A stretch of 64,000 bases of DNA from Tenacibaculum sp. (GCA_018456245.1 JAGYHQ010000001.1:134693-198692); one strand, 5' to 3'. Positions 49,970 through 60,863 are shown, counted from the stretch's first letter. Program-made: numbers and translations. Notes: generated from the letters alone by a model not told the origin.

Positions 49970-51233
49970 ATTTAATTTTATTGGTAACGGTACAATGTAA
50001 ACAATTTTTATCATTACAATGTTCATTCTTCAACTCAAGTAATGCCTGAGTTTCAAAAGCATTTTTTGCTTCTATTTTTAAATTTGAAAATTTTGAAATA
50101 ATTGAATTCTTTTCAGGTTTTAATTCTTTCATTAAGTTTAAAATTTCATCTTTATTAAACTTACCTCTACTGTATTCATATACATATTTTAAAGGTATTA
50201 TTGTGTTTATAATTAGCAAATCAATAAATGATTTTGTAAGTTTTTTTGATGATTTTTTTGATTCCTTGGTAAACGTATAATGGTTTTTCCAAAAATCATT
50301 CACTTTAATATTTAACAAAGAATAAAAAGATGTAATATCTTTTACTGATAGTATTTTTGAAAATAAATTATGATGTATATGATACAATGAAACCAACTGA
50401 GCAATCCTAATTGTAGGGAAATTATTCGGTCTCATTCTAAAAAATTGAAAATTATTATTATCAATTGGCGTTAATTTATACTTGTGTTGTAAATATTTAT
50501 ACTCACTTTTTAAGTGCAAAAAATATTCACCTTCAATATTTTCTGATAAAAATCCTGCTTGCCCAAACATTAATGCTGATAATATATCTTCATTAAACCA
50601 TTCTTTTCTAACAATTGAAAAATCAACCGACTCTGCTAAACTTAAAAAAGTCTCACCGTTAACTTTTAATCCAAAATTTTTGGCTAATAATTGAAATAAT
50701 ACAGCCTCAAAATCATTATTTGATTTATTTAACAACTCTTTAATTAAAACCGATTTGTTTTCCAATCTTTGAAAGTACAAACGTTCTAACACATTTTGTG
50801 TTATATAATTATTCTTTATTTCGGTAATTTGTTTTTCACATAAAATCCATTTTAATTGCTCCGAATAATTTTTATTATAATTCTCTAAAATATTTTTATC
50901 AATACAATTTTTAATTTCTAATGTTGGCAATGGTTTGTTATTTTTCATAAAAACCTCTGTATCATTTTCATATACAACGTGTAGAATTACGGTATCATAA
51001 TTTTTATCGGTTTCGTGATTATGGGTGTACCAATTAGAAGATTTTAAATGAATTTCAATATTTCCTACCCAAATTTGTCCGTCTATTTTTAATTTGGCAT
51101 TTAAAAAATCTGTACCTGTGTTTGTGTTATACGTACCTGTTTCTAAAATTATTACCTCTTCGTTATCAGCTGTTTTTAATTCAGTAGAAAACAATTTATA
51201 CTGCCATACATAATGTAAAAAATCTTCTTTCAT
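49968..51233 (-). CDS. DUF2851 family protein
   Basis: MKEDFLHYVW, WVGNIEIH, HETDKNYD.VILHVV, RMRPNNFPTIRIAQL and a C-terminal CxxxxCxxC. Confidence 0.85.
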   Translation of the reverse strand: MKEDFLHYVWQYKLFSTELKTADNEEVIILETGTYNTNTGTDFLNAKLKIDGQIWVGNIEIHLKSSNWYTHNHETDKNYDTVILHVVYENDTEVFMKNNKPLPTLEIKNCIDKNILENYNKNYSEQLKWILCEKQITEIKNNYITQNVLERLYFQRLENKSVLIKELLNKSNNDFEAVLFQLLAKNFGLKVNGETFLSLAESVDFSIVRKEWFNEDILSALMFGQAGFLSENIEGEYFLHLKSEYKYLQHKYKLTPIDNNNFQFFRMRPNNFPTIRIAQLVSLYHIHHNLFSKILSVKDITSFYSLLNIKVNDFWKNHYTFTKESKKSSKKLTKSFIDLLIINTIIPLKYVYEYSRGKFNKDEILNLMKELKPEKNSIISKFSNLKIEAKNAFETQALLELKNEHCNDKNCLHCTVTNKIK

Positions 51234-51296
51234 TTTATGAAATTACAAAATAATTTTCAATTTTAGGCAACAAACGTATGTTATAAAAAAATAATT

Positions 51297-51304
51297 TACT
51301 TTTG
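51297..51304 (+). promoter_or_regulatory. -7 element (TACTTTTG) for the nitroreductase operon
   Basis: TAnnTTTG match 16 nt upstream of the ATG. Confidence 0.5.
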
Positions 51305-51320
51305 CATCAAACTAATACAA

Positions 51321-51950
51321 ATGAACACGATAGAAAGTTTACAATGGAGATACGCAGTTAAAAAATTTGATGAACATAAATTTTTATCTGAAAACCAAAT
51401 AAATACTTTAAAAGAAGCCTTTAATTTAACCGCTTCTGTCTATGGATTACAACCTGTAAAAATGGTAGTTATAAATGATAAAAAAATACAGAATAAATTA
51501 GTTGAGCATTCATATAGTCAACAACAAATAAAACAAGCATCACACGTTTTAATTTTATGTATTCCTAAAAAATACAATACAGAGGAGGTTGAAAAATATT
51601 TTTCATTGGTTAAAAAAATTAGAAATACACCTGATGAAATTTTAAATCCGTTTAAAGAACATCTAACTAAAACAATTAGTAAAAAATCACAAGAAGAATT
51701 ATATATTTGGAATAAAAACCAAGCCTACATTGCCTTAGGTAATTTATTAACCGTTTGTGCAATAGAAAAAATAGATGCTTGCCCTATGGAAGGCTTTATT
51801 TCTAAAAAATATGATGAAATTTTAAATTTAGAAAAGTATAATTTAACCTCTGTTTTAACAATTCCTGTTGGTTTTAGAGCTAATGATGATTATATGAAAG
51901 ATTTAAAAAAAGTTAGAAAAAACACATCAGATATTATTATAGAACTTTAA
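51321..51950 (+). CDS. NAD(P)H-dependent nitroreductase-family oxidoreductase (NfsB-like)
   Basis: WRYAVKKFD, ASVYGLQP, DACPMEG and VGFR. Confidence 0.9.
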   Translation: MNTIESLQWRYAVKKFDEHKFLSENQINTLKEAFNLTASVYGLQPVKMVVINDKKIQNKLVEHSYSQQQIKQASHVLILCIPKKYNTEEVEKYFSLVKKIRNTPDEILNPFKEHLTKTISKKSQEELYIWNKNQAYIALGNLLTVCAIEKIDACPMEGFISKKYDEILNLEKYNLTSVLTIPVGFRANDDYMKDLKKVRKNTSDIIIEL

Positions 51951-51977
51951 TTCTACAACCTAAAATACTACAATTAA

Positions 51978-53411
51978 ATGCAACCACTACATATATTACT
52001 TGTTATTCTTGCCTATTTTGGCGTATTAATTTTTATTTCATACGTTACAGGAAAATCAGCAAACAATGCTACTTTTTTTAAAGCGAACAACTCTTCCCCT
52101 TGGTATTTAGTTGCCTTTGGAATGATTGGGGCTTCCTTATCTGGCGTTACTTTTATTTCTGTACCGGGTTGGGTACAAGGCTCACAAATGAGTTATATGC
52201 AAATGGTATTCGGTTATATTTTGGGTTATGCAGTTATCGGTTTAGTATTACTCCCTTTATATTATAAGCTAAATTTAACATCAATTTACAGTTATTTACA
52301 AACCCGATTTGGTAATAATTCCTATAAAACAGGGGCTTCATTCTTTTTAATATCAAGAATTACAGGGGCATCATTTAGGTTATTTTTAGTTGCTAATGTA
52401 CTTCAATTAATATTGTTTGACAGTTATGGAATTCCGTTTTGGGCAACAGTAATAATTACTATTTTACTTATTTGGTTATACACTTTTAAAGGAGGTATAA
52501 AAACTATTGTTTGGACGGATACTTTACAGACTTTATTTATGCTAACAGCCGTAGGTATTTGTATTTATATGATTACTGATAAAATGCAAATAAATAACCT
52601 ATTTAGTTATATTTCTGAAAGTGAGTTCTCAAAAACATTCTTCTTTGAAGATTATAAAGCTGGGAATTATTTTTGGAAACGCTTCTTTTCAGGTGCTTTC
52701 ATTGCTATTGTTATGACGGGGTTAGACCAAGATATGATGCAAAAAAACTTAACTTGTAGAAATTTAAAAGATGCTCAAAAAAATATGTTTTGGTTTACCA
52801 TTGTATTAGTTGTGGTAAATTTCTTCTTTTTAGCATTAGGTGTTCTATTAACCGATTACGCTACTAACAACGGAATTGATGCTCAAAAAGATAGTCTTTT
52901 CCCTGTAATTGCAATGAGTGGAGACTTAGGAATTACAACATCTTTATTTTTCTTATTAGGGTTAATAGCAGCTGCTTATTCAAGTGCTGATAGTGCTTTA
53001 ACATCATTAACCACATCATTTAGTATTGATATTTTAGAAATTGATAAAAAGAAGTCGCCAAAAGAACAAGAAAGTATTAGAAAACGTATTCACGTTTTAT
53101 TCTCATTTATTTTAGTAGTTACCATTTTACTTTTTAAATATATTATAGCCGATGAAAGTGTTATTGCAAGTATTTTTAGCTTTGCAGGATACACCTATGG
53201 TCCTTTACTTGGGTTATATGCTTTCGGGTTATTTACTAAACTTAAGGTAAAAGACAAAATTGTTCCTTTAATATGTATTGCATCTCCTTTTATAGCATAC
53301 GGAATTAACATTTATGCAAAAAATAAATTCGGATTTAATTTTGACTTCTTTATACTAATTTTAAACGGATTTATAACTTTTACAGGATTATACCTAATTA
53401 GAAAAAAATAG
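51978..53411 (+). CDS. Sodium:solute symporter (SSS family)
   Basis: GASLSGVTFISVPG, GGIKTIVWTDTLQ, GLDQDMMQK and AAAYSSADS. Confidence 0.92.
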   Translation: MQPLHILLVILAYFGVLIFISYVTGKSANNATFFKANNSSPWYLVAFGMIGASLSGVTFISVPGWVQGSQMSYMQMVFGYILGYAVIGLVLLPLYYKLNLTSIYSYLQTRFGNNSYKTGASFFLISRITGASFRLFLVANVLQLILFDSYGIPFWATVIITILLIWLYTFKGGIKTIVWTDTLQTLFMLTAVGICIYMITDKMQINNLFSYISESEFSKTFFFEDYKAGNYFWKRFFSGAFIAIVMTGLDQDMMQKNLTCRNLKDAQKNMFWFTIVLVVVNFFFLALGVLLTDYATNNGIDAQKDSLFPVIAMSGDLGITTSLFFLLGLIAAAYSSADSALTSLTTSFSIDILEIDKKKSPKEQESIRKRIHVLFSFILVVTILLFKYIIADESVIASIFSFAGYTYGPLLGLYAFGLFTKLKVKDKIVPLICIASPFIAYGINIYAKNKFGFNFDFFILILNGFITFTGLYLIRKK

Positions 53412-53417
53412 ATTACA

Positions 53418-54107
53418 ATGGAATTAGACCCTACAAATCAATTTATAAAGGCAATTTTAAAATGCTCTAATATTAAAGATAAAAATATTTTAGAAATTGG
53501 TTGTGGTAGTGGTAGAATTACTAAAGATTTAGCAAAATATGCAAAATCAATCACAGCTATTGACCCTGATGATAACTCTTTAAAAATAGCCAAAGAAAAT
53601 TTAACATCTAATAAAATTACCTTTATTAAAGGATTAGGGGAAGATTTATCTTTTTTAAAAGATAAAAAGTTTGATGTTGTAATTTACTCCTTATCATTAC
53701 ATCATATACCTTACAAGGCAATGGAATTAAGCCTAAAACAAGCTACTGAATTATTAAATGATAACGGAAAATTAATAATTATTGAACCTGATAAAAATGG
53801 AAGTTTAATAAAAGCTGAAGAATTATTTAATGTGGGAGATGGAGACGAAACATTTGTAAAGCAAAAAGCCATTAAGGCAATTAAATCATTAAAAAATTAT
53901 GAAGTAATTAAAAAAGATTATTTCAACACTTTATTCTATTTTAATGATGAAATTGATTTTTTAGAAAATATGTTACCTGATTACAAAACGAAACCAAACA
54001 ATTTAATTTCAGAAATAAAAAAATTCCTAAATGAGCATAAAGAAAATGATAAAATTACTTTATACGCAAGTAGGAATATAAATATTTTAAAAAAGTTAGA
54101 ATGTTAA
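53418..54107 (+). CDS. Class I SAM-dependent methyltransferase
   Basis: ILEIGCGSG motif I, AIDPD, and FDVVIYSLSLHHI. Confidence 0.88.
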   Translation: MELDPTNQFIKAILKCSNIKDKNILEIGCGSGRITKDLAKYAKSITAIDPDDNSLKIAKENLTSNKITFIKGLGEDLSFLKDKKFDVVIYSLSLHHIPYKAMELSLKQATELLNDNGKLIIIEPDKNGSLIKAEELFNVGDGDETFVKQKAIKAIKSLKNYEVIKKDYFNTLFYFNDEIDFLENMLPDYKTKPNNLISEIKKFLNEHKENDKITLYASRNINILKKLEC

Positions 54108-54452
54108 AACCTTATCACTATCAATAATCCATTCGGCTAATTCATTCATTGTTGATTTTTCTGCTCCCTCAAAATATGGGTGGTTTTTATAAATTCCACA
54201 ACGAGACATACAAGTACCACAAACCTTAACAACAACATTATTAGCTATTAAATCCTTTAACATTTGCGATAAATCTTGGTCATAACCTTGTGGTGGTTTG
54301 CAAATATCTCTTGCCATATCAACTGCATCATTCATTAAAAAAATCCTAACTTCTACATCTTTTTTTCTTAATGTTTCTGCTAATCGTAACCCATTCCAAG
54401 TTACGTCAGTATTATCATATGGTTCTCTATTAAAAATTATTAAAGTTTTCAT
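54096..54452 (-). CDS. DsrE/YchN-family protein
   Basis: EPYD...WNGLRLA, VRIFLMNDAV and VCGTC motif. Confidence 0.85.
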   Translation of the reverse strand: MKTLIIFNREPYDNTDVTWNGLRLAETLRKKDVEVRIFLMNDAVDMARDICKPPQGYDQDLSQMLKDLIANNVVVKVCGTCMSRCGIYKNHPYFEGAEKSTMNELAEWIIDSDKVLTF

Positions 54453-54483
54453 TTTATATTTTTTCTTTTTATGTTAAATACCC

Positions 54484-55647
54484 TTATTTACTAGAAAACA
54501 TCTTAACATCTTCTTCTGAAATTGTTTTTCCTCCAAGAATTATAAGCCTTTCAATAATGTTTCGTAGTTCACGAATATTACCCGTCCAATCATATCCTTG
54601 CAATATTTTAATCGCTTTATCTGAAAATGATTTTGTAGGTATTCCTTGTTCTTTTGATATTTTTTCAGCAAAATGATTTACTAATAACGGTATATCTTCT
54701 CTCCTATCATTTAATGCAGGAACTTTTATTAAAATAACAGCTAATCTGTGGTATAAGTCCTCTCTAAAACGCCCCTCGGCAATTTCTTTTTTTAAATCTT
54801 TATTTGTTGCTGCAAGCACACGAACATTTACTTTTATATCTTTATCACTACCAACTTTACTTATTTTATTTTCTTGTAAGGCACGTAACACTTTTGCTTG
54901 TGCTGATAGGCTCATATCTCCAATTTCATCTAAAAAAATCGTTCCGTTATTGGCAGATTCAAATTTACCAACCCTATCTTTATTTGCTCCTGTAAAACTA
55001 CCTTTTACATGCCCAAATAATTCACTTTCAATTAATTCTGACGGAATTGCAGCACAATTTACTTCAATCATTGATGAATTTACTCTTTCTGATTTTTCAT
55101 GTATCCAATGGGCAACTAATTCTTTTCCTGTTCCGTTAGGTCCTGTAATTAATACACGAGCATCAGTAGGTGCTACTTTTTCTATAATATCTTTAATGTG
55201 AGTAATTGCAGAACTATTACCAATCATTTCATAATTTTTACTCACTTTCTTTTTTAGTCGTTTATTCTCAACGATTAATTCTTTTTTGTCAAGAGCATTA
55301 CGAACGGTATTTAGTAACCTATTTAAATCTGGTGGTTTTGATATATAATCAAACGCACCAAGCCTCATTGTATTTACTGCTGTATCTAAATCTCCATGAC
55401 CCGAAATCATAACAACAGGAATTTCAGGTTTTAATTTTCGTACTTTTTCAAGCACCTCTACTCCGTCCATTTTTGGCATTTTAATATCACATAATACCAA
55501 ATCGTAATCATTTTTTTTAATTAGCTCAAAACCTGCTAATCCGTCTTCTGCTTCCTCAACTTCATAACTATCATTTTCCTCTAATATTATCTTTTTTAAA
55601 ACCCTACGAATTGCAGACTCATCTTCTATTATTAATATTTTACTCAT
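54484..55647 (-). CDS. Sigma-54-type response regulator (REC-AAA+, NtrC/NtrX-like)
   Basis: REC domain (EDE, CDIKMP), GPNGTGKE, ESELFGH, GSFTGA, FLDEIGD and GNIRELRN. No clear C-terminal HTH. Confidence 0.9.
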   Translation of the reverse strand: MSKILIIEDESAIRRVLKKIILEENDSYEVEEAEDGLAGFELIKKNDYDLVLCDIKMPKMDGVEVLEKVRKLKPEIPVVMISGHGDLDTAVNTMRLGAFDYISKPPDLNRLLNTVRNALDKKELIVENKRLKKKVSKNYEMIGNSSAITHIKDIIEKVAPTDARVLITGPNGTGKELVAHWIHEKSERVNSSMIEVNCAAIPSELIESELFGHVKGSFTGANKDRVGKFESANNGTIFLDEIGDMSLSAQAKVLRALQENKISKVGSDKDIKVNVRVLAATNKDLKKEIAEGRFREDLYHRLAVILIKVPALNDRREDIPLLVNHFAEKISKEQGIPTKSFSDKAIKILQGYDWTGNIRELRNIIERLIILGGKTISEEDVKMFSSK

Positions 55648-56495
55648 TATTTCACTATATTATTAGTTCTTATATGTATATCTCTTTGTGGGAACGGAAT
55701 TTCTATACCATTCTCTCTAAATAATCTTTCTATAATAAAACGGATTTCACTTTGAGGTATGCTAACCCACAAACTATCATTTAAAGTAAATATTAGTTTA
55801 AATTGAAGAGCACTATCTCCAAAATCAGTAAATAATACAGTTGGAGCAGGATGTTGAAATACCTTTGGGTGAGACATAGCAGCTTCAATTAAAAGTTTCT
55901 TAACCAATTCTACATCACTGCCGTAAGCCACACCAACGGTTATGCTTTCACGTGTAATTGTTCCGTTTTGCGTCCAGTTATACAAACTATTTGTTAAGTA
56001 TAAATGGTTAGGAACTACTAAAACTTTATGTTCAGTTGTAACTATTCTTGTTGTTCTTAATTTAATTTCAATAACTCGCCCTACTTTATTATTAATTTCA
56101 ATAACATCTCCTACATGAACGGTTTCATCAAAAATAATAAAAATACCAGAAATTATATCCTGAAAAAAAGTCTGTAAAGCCAAACCAACACCTATTAATA
56201 ACGCTGCTGATGCTGCTAAAATTGCTGTAACGTTAACTCCTACACTCTGTAATGTTACAAGAAATATAATTACATAAAAAAACCAACTTGCAAACGAAAA
56301 TATGGTATCAAACTTATTTTTATTATCCTCTTTTAACCTTTTTACTGCAACTTTCTTGGTTTTTCTTAAAACAAATGAAGTTAGTAAAAGAATAACAATA
56401 AGAATAACAACATCTAAAATAGATATTTTTATTTCAGACGTTACCTCAAAATCACGTACTATAAAATCAATTATTTTAACTAAAATATTCTTCAT
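55647..56495 (-). CDS. mscS: Small-conductance mechanosensitive channel
   Basis: GVGLALQ...DIISG, VGDVIE and VGVAYGSD...GDS...IEIPFPQRD. Confidence 0.9.
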   Translation of the reverse strand: MKNILVKIIDFIVRDFEVTSEIKISILDVVILIVILLLTSFVLRKTKKVAVKRLKEDNKNKFDTIFSFASWFFYVIIFLVTLQSVGVNVTAILAASAALLIGVGLALQTFFQDIISGIFIIFDETVHVGDVIEINNKVGRVIEIKLRTTRIVTTEHKVLVVPNHLYLTNSLYNWTQNGTITRESITVGVAYGSDVELVKKLLIEAAMSHPKVFQHPAPTVLFTDFGDSALQFKLIFTLNDSLWVSIPQSEIRFIIERLFRENGIEIPFPQRDIHIRTNNIVK

Positions 56496-56509
56496 TTTAA
56501 CTATATTTT

Positions 56510-57829
56510 TTAATGATTATAACGAATCCATTTCCATAAATCTTTATAAGTAGGTTTTTTACCGTATGATAAAATTCCTACTCGATAAATTTTTGCTGAT
56601 AACCAAACTACGCCTATAAAAGTAAGAGTTAATATTATCATAGAAGTTACTATTTCTAAATACGAAACTCCAAAAGGCACACGCATTAACATTACTACTG
56701 GTGATGTTAATGGAAAATGTGAAAAAAATACCGATACAACCCCATTAGGGTCATTAGCAACAGTAAATGCTCCTACATATATTGCTAACATTAATGGTAT
56801 CATAATAGGTGTTACAAATTGATTTGAATCTGCTTCATTATCAACCGCAGAGCCAATTGCTGCAAATAAAGCACTATAAAGCATATAACCACCTATAAAA
56901 TAAAATATAAACAAAATAAATAATTTTAAAATTGGTAGTTTTATAATTTCTTGTAATATTAATTGTCCTTCAATTCCTATTTTTTGCAGTGCTTCTATTT
57001 GCTCTGGCGAATTAGTTGATTGTTGTATTTCTTCAACATTTATTCCTAACATTAAAGAAGAAACTACACTTAAAATTACTATTAAAACAACCCAAATACT
57101 AAATTGTAATAACCCTGCTAAGGCATTTCCTATAATTTTTCCCATCATTAACTGAAATGGTTTTACCGATGAAATTATAACCTCAATTATTCTGCTTGAT
57201 TTTTCTTCAATAACACTACGCATTACTGATGAACCGTATAATATTACAAACATCATTAATAAATAACCAGCAATACTACCAACCCCAACGTTTAATTGAT
57301 TTGATAATTTTGAGCTTTCCTTACCCGAAAAATTATACATTTTAAGATGAGCAGTAATTTGTGATGATTTTATTTTTTCTTCATCAATACCTAATTGCTT
57401 CATTTTTAAACTCTGCAATTTATCTTCAATAGTTTTTTCTATATATTCTATTGATTTTAAACCTAATGATTCTTTTGAAAAAAATTCTACTGATTTTGAT
57501 AATAATTCCAAACTTTCTGCTTTTGGTATATATATCAATCCATAATACTCTCCTTTCTCAACTTTCTTTTTTGTTTCCTCTAAATTGGAATTAGAAAGGT
57601 TTATATATTTTATTGTTTTTGTGTTTTTAAAATCAGACGGTTTAAATAATTCTGTTTTATCAAAATATGCTATTTCTTTTAATGAATCATTATTTTTCTT
57701 TACTAAAAACCCTATTAAAACACCTATTCCTATAATTATTAACGGAGTTAAAAAGGTCATTAAAATAAATGATTTGTTTTTAACCTTTGCTAAAAATTCT
57801 CGCTTTATTATTAAATTTAATTTGTTCAT
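56510..57829 (-). CDS. ABC-2 transporter permease (NatB-like)
   Basis: IIKREFL, VIEEKSSRIIEVIISSVKPFQLMMGKI and SAKIYRVGILSYGKKP. Confidence 0.88.
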   Translation of the reverse strand: MNKLNLIIKREFLAKVKNKSFILMTFLTPLIIIGIGVLIGFLVKKNNDSLKEIAYFDKTELFKPSDFKNTKTIKYINLSNSNLEETKKKVEKGEYYGLIYIPKAESLELLSKSVEFFSKESLGLKSIEYIEKTIEDKLQSLKMKQLGIDEEKIKSSQITAHLKMYNFSGKESSKLSNQLNVGVGSIAGYLLMMFVILYGSSVMRSVIEEKSSRIIEVIISSVKPFQLMMGKIIGNALAGLLQFSIWVVLIVILSVVSSLMLGINVEEIQQSTNSPEQIEALQKIGIEGQLILQEIIKLPILKLFILFIFYFIGGYMLYSALFAAIGSAVDNEADSNQFVTPIMIPLMLAIYVGAFTVANDPNGVVSVFFSHFPLTSPVVMLMRVPFGVSYLEIVTSMIILTLTFIGVVWLSAKIYRVGILSYGKKPTYKDLWKWIRYNH

Positions 57830-57840
57830 CGTTTATTATT

Positions 57841-58767
57841 TTAATTCCCTTTTACTGCTTTAATAAAGATATCATTTGCACTTGGCAATAATTCCACAAA
57901 ATGTTGTACACTACCATTTGCACTTAAAAAAGATAACAAATCATTTGATGAATCTCCTTTGTTTAGGGTTATGTTTAATTTTAATCCGTTGTTTAATGTT
58001 CTAAAATCAGCAGTAGAAACTTCAAAATTTTGTTTAATTTTTTCGGTTACCTCCTTTTTATTTTCAGTTCCTAATTCAACTTGAAAAGTATTTGTTTTAT
58101 ACTGCCTTTTTATATCATCTAACTTACCATCTAAAATTTTGTTAGATTTGTTGATAAGAGCAATATAATCACACATTTCCTCTACACTTTCCATTCGGTG
58201 AGTTGAAAAAATAATTGTTGCTCCTTCATCACGAAGTTGTAAAATTTCTTTGGCTATAAGTTGAGCATTAATAGGGTCAAAACCTGAAAAAGGTTCATCA
58301 AAAATTAATAGTTTAGGTTGATGTAAAACTGTCACAATAAACTGTACTTTTTGCGCCATCCCTTTTGATAATTCTTCAATTTTTTTACCCCACCAAGCCG
58401 AAATATCAAACTTTTCAAACCAATATTTTAATCGTTTTTTAGCGTCTGATTTACTCAATCCTTTTAATTGAGCTAAATATAAAGCTTGTTCACCCACTTT
58501 CATTGATTTATACAAACCTCGTTCTTCAGGCATATAACCTATCTGTTCTATATGGTGTGGTGCTAATTTTTCCCCATCTAAAATCACCTCGCCAGCATCA
58601 GGTATTGTAATTTGATTTATAATTCTAATTAATGATGTTTTTCCTGCACCATTTGGTCCTAAAAGACCAAAAACACTCCCTTTTGGTATTGCTAAAGAAA
58701 CATTATTTAACGCTGTATAATTTCCATAATGTTTAATAACATTTTTAATTTCTAATAAATTCTCCAT
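57841..58767 (-). CDS. ABC transporter ATP-binding protein (NatA-like)
   Basis: GPNGAGKT, LSKGMAQK, FDEPFSGFDP and STH. Confidence 0.93.
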   Translation of the reverse strand: MENLLEIKNVIKHYGNYTALNNVSLAIPKGSVFGLLGPNGAGKTSLIRIINQITIPDAGEVILDGEKLAPHHIEQIGYMPEERGLYKSMKVGEQALYLAQLKGLSKSDAKKRLKYWFEKFDISAWWGKKIEELSKGMAQKVQFIVTVLHQPKLLIFDEPFSGFDPINAQLIAKEILQLRDEGATIIFSTHRMESVEEMCDYIALINKSNKILDGKLDDIKRQYKTNTFQVELGTENKKEVTEKIKQNFEVSTADFRTLNNGLKLNITLNKGDSSNDLLSFLSANGSVQHFVELLPSANDIFIKAVKGN

Positions 58768-58899
58768 TAAATATTTGGTTGCTTTATATTATTTACAAAC
58801 TTACACAAATTTAATTATGTACTTCGTTTTTGTAAATGTATTATTTTACTTTTAAAAAGTATTTAAAAATTTCATAAATTTACCCTCAAATTTTATACT

Positions 58900-60096
58900 A
58901 TGAAACGCTTTTTAATTTTATTATCATTTTTAATTTCATCAATTCTTTTTTCACAAGAAAATTATGTTGTTGTACTTTCTTTAGACGGATTTAGAGCCGA
59001 TTATATAGAAAAATATAACACAAAAAATATTAAAGAAATAGCAAAAAATGGGGTTCGTGTTAAACGAATGATCCCTTCTAACCCAACAAAAACATTTCCA
59101 AACCATTATACAATAGCAACAGGGCTTTACCCTGATAATCATGGTTTAATAGGAAATTCATTTTACGACCCTAAAATGAAGAAAAAATATTCGTTAGGTA
59201 ATAGAGAAAGCGTTGAAAACGGAGAATTTTACGGAGGAGAGCCAATTTGGAACACTGCAAAAAAAACTGGATTAAAAACAGCATCTTATTTTTGGGTAGG
59301 TTCTGAAGCAAAAATAAATGGGATGCAACCTGATATTTGGAAAAAGTATAATGATAAAATTACTTTTGAACAAAGGATTGATTCTGTTGTTTCTTGGTTA
59401 AAATTACCAAAGAAAAATCGTCCAAGATTAATTATGTTGTATTATGATGAACCTGATAAAGCTGGGCATTATTTCGGACCTAATAGTAAAGAAGCAGAAG
59501 AACAAGTTAAATATGTTGATAAACAAGTTGGTAACCTATATAAAAAACTAATGAAGTTACCAATAGCATCAAAAATTAACTTTATTCTAGTTTCTGACCA
59601 CGGAATGAGAGAGTTATCAAAAGACAAACAAATATTTTTAGAAGATTACATTAAAAAAGATTGGTTACTGGGTATTTACGGAGGTAATCCTGTATATACT
59701 ATAAGAGCTAAAAACAATAAAAGGGAAGATATTTACAAAGCATTAAAAAAAGTTAGAAAATTACGAGTTTATAAACGTGGTAAAGCTCCTAAAAGATTTA
59801 ATCTTGCAAATAATCCAAGAACAAATGATTTAATTGTTATTGGTAAAAAAGGTTACAGTGTTTTTGGTAAACGCCCAATAAGAAGAGATTTTAATGGTAC
59901 CCACGGATACATAAATAATGACAGAGAAATGAGTACCATTTTCTTAGCTACGGGTAATGCTTTTAAAAAGAATTACACCAAAAGAAAAATTAAAAACGTT
60001 GATGTTTACAACCTAATTTGTAACATTTTAAAAATAACTCCTGCTAAAAATGATGGTAATTTTAATAGAGTTAAAAGACTTTTAAAAAACAACTAA
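58900..60096 (+). CDS. Ectonucleotide pyrophosphatase/phosphodiesterase (alkaline phosphatase superfamily), secreted
   Basis: Signal peptide, LSLDGFR, PTKTFPNH (catalytic Thr), DEPDKAGH, SDHGM and GTHGY. Confidence 0.9.
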   Translation: MKRFLILLSFLISSILFSQENYVVVLSLDGFRADYIEKYNTKNIKEIAKNGVRVKRMIPSNPTKTFPNHYTIATGLYPDNHGLIGNSFYDPKMKKKYSLGNRESVENGEFYGGEPIWNTAKKTGLKTASYFWVGSEAKINGMQPDIWKKYNDKITFEQRIDSVVSWLKLPKKNRPRLIMLYYDEPDKAGHYFGPNSKEAEEQVKYVDKQVGNLYKKLMKLPIASKINFILVSDHGMRELSKDKQIFLEDYIKKDWLLGIYGGNPVYTIRAKNNKREDIYKALKKVRKLRVYKRGKAPKRFNLANNPRTNDLIVIGKKGYSVFGKRPIRRDFNGTHGYINNDREMSTIFLATGNAFKKNYTKRKIKNVDVYNLICNILKITPAKNDGNFNRVKRLLKNN

Positions 60097-60863
60097 TATT
60101 CTAAAAATTGTTTACTATCCTTATATATATTATCTACCTCCTTTGTATCTAAAACCGAGTAATTATGAACAGGAAATTTAACCATAAAATCTACCTCCTT
60201 GAATTTATATTTTTCAGCTGAATAAGTCATTAAAAAACCTGCTTGTACCAAAACTTTTAATGCAGAGTTTAATTCCTTTTTAGTTCTTTTTGGTGGTGTG
60301 CTCACATAACTACCAACTATTGGTAATTTAGATTTTTTAAATGGTTTTATTGGGAAATTATCAAGTACTCCGCCATCTGAGTATAATGTGTTATTAATTT
60401 TTACAGGAGTAAAAATACCAGGAATAGCACAAGATGCCATAACAGGCTCTATTAAATCACCCTCTTCAAAATAATGACTTTTACCCTTTTCCATATTAGA
60501 TGTGGCAACTATTAAAGGAATTTTTAAATCCTCAAAATTGTGTTTTACATTTTTTTCTAAAACCTTTTTAAAATAATAAGTATCAAAAATACCTGGTTTT
60601 GTAAAACTGAAATATGATGCCTTAAATAAAGGAGTTTCCTTGAATATTGTCATAATTCTATTAAAAGAAAGCCCTGAAGAATACATACAAGCAACTAAAG
60701 CACCCCCACTACTCCCTGAAATAGCATTTATTTTTAACCCTAATTCCTCTATTTTTTCTAATAACGCAATATGAGCAACACATTTTACACCCCCACCAGA
60801 TAAAACTAAATTTATTGGAATATCTTTATCTAATTTCTTTAAATCTGTAATATTATTTTTCAT
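60093..60863 (-). CDS. Patatin-like phospholipase
   Basis: LSGGGVK, GSSGG nucleophile elbow, SCAIP and DGG. Confidence 0.9.
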   Translation of the reverse strand: MKNNITDLKKLDKDIPINLVLSGGGVKCVAHIALLEKIEELGLKINAISGSSGGALVACMYSSGLSFNRIMTIFKETPLFKASYFSFTKPGIFDTYYFKKVLEKNVKHNFEDLKIPLIVATSNMEKGKSHYFEEGDLIEPVMASCAIPGIFTPVKINNTLYSDGGVLDNFPIKPFKKSKLPIVGSYVSTPPKRTKKELNSALKVLVQAGFLMTYSAEKYKFKEVDFMVKFPVHNYSVLDTKEVDNIYKDSKQFLEY

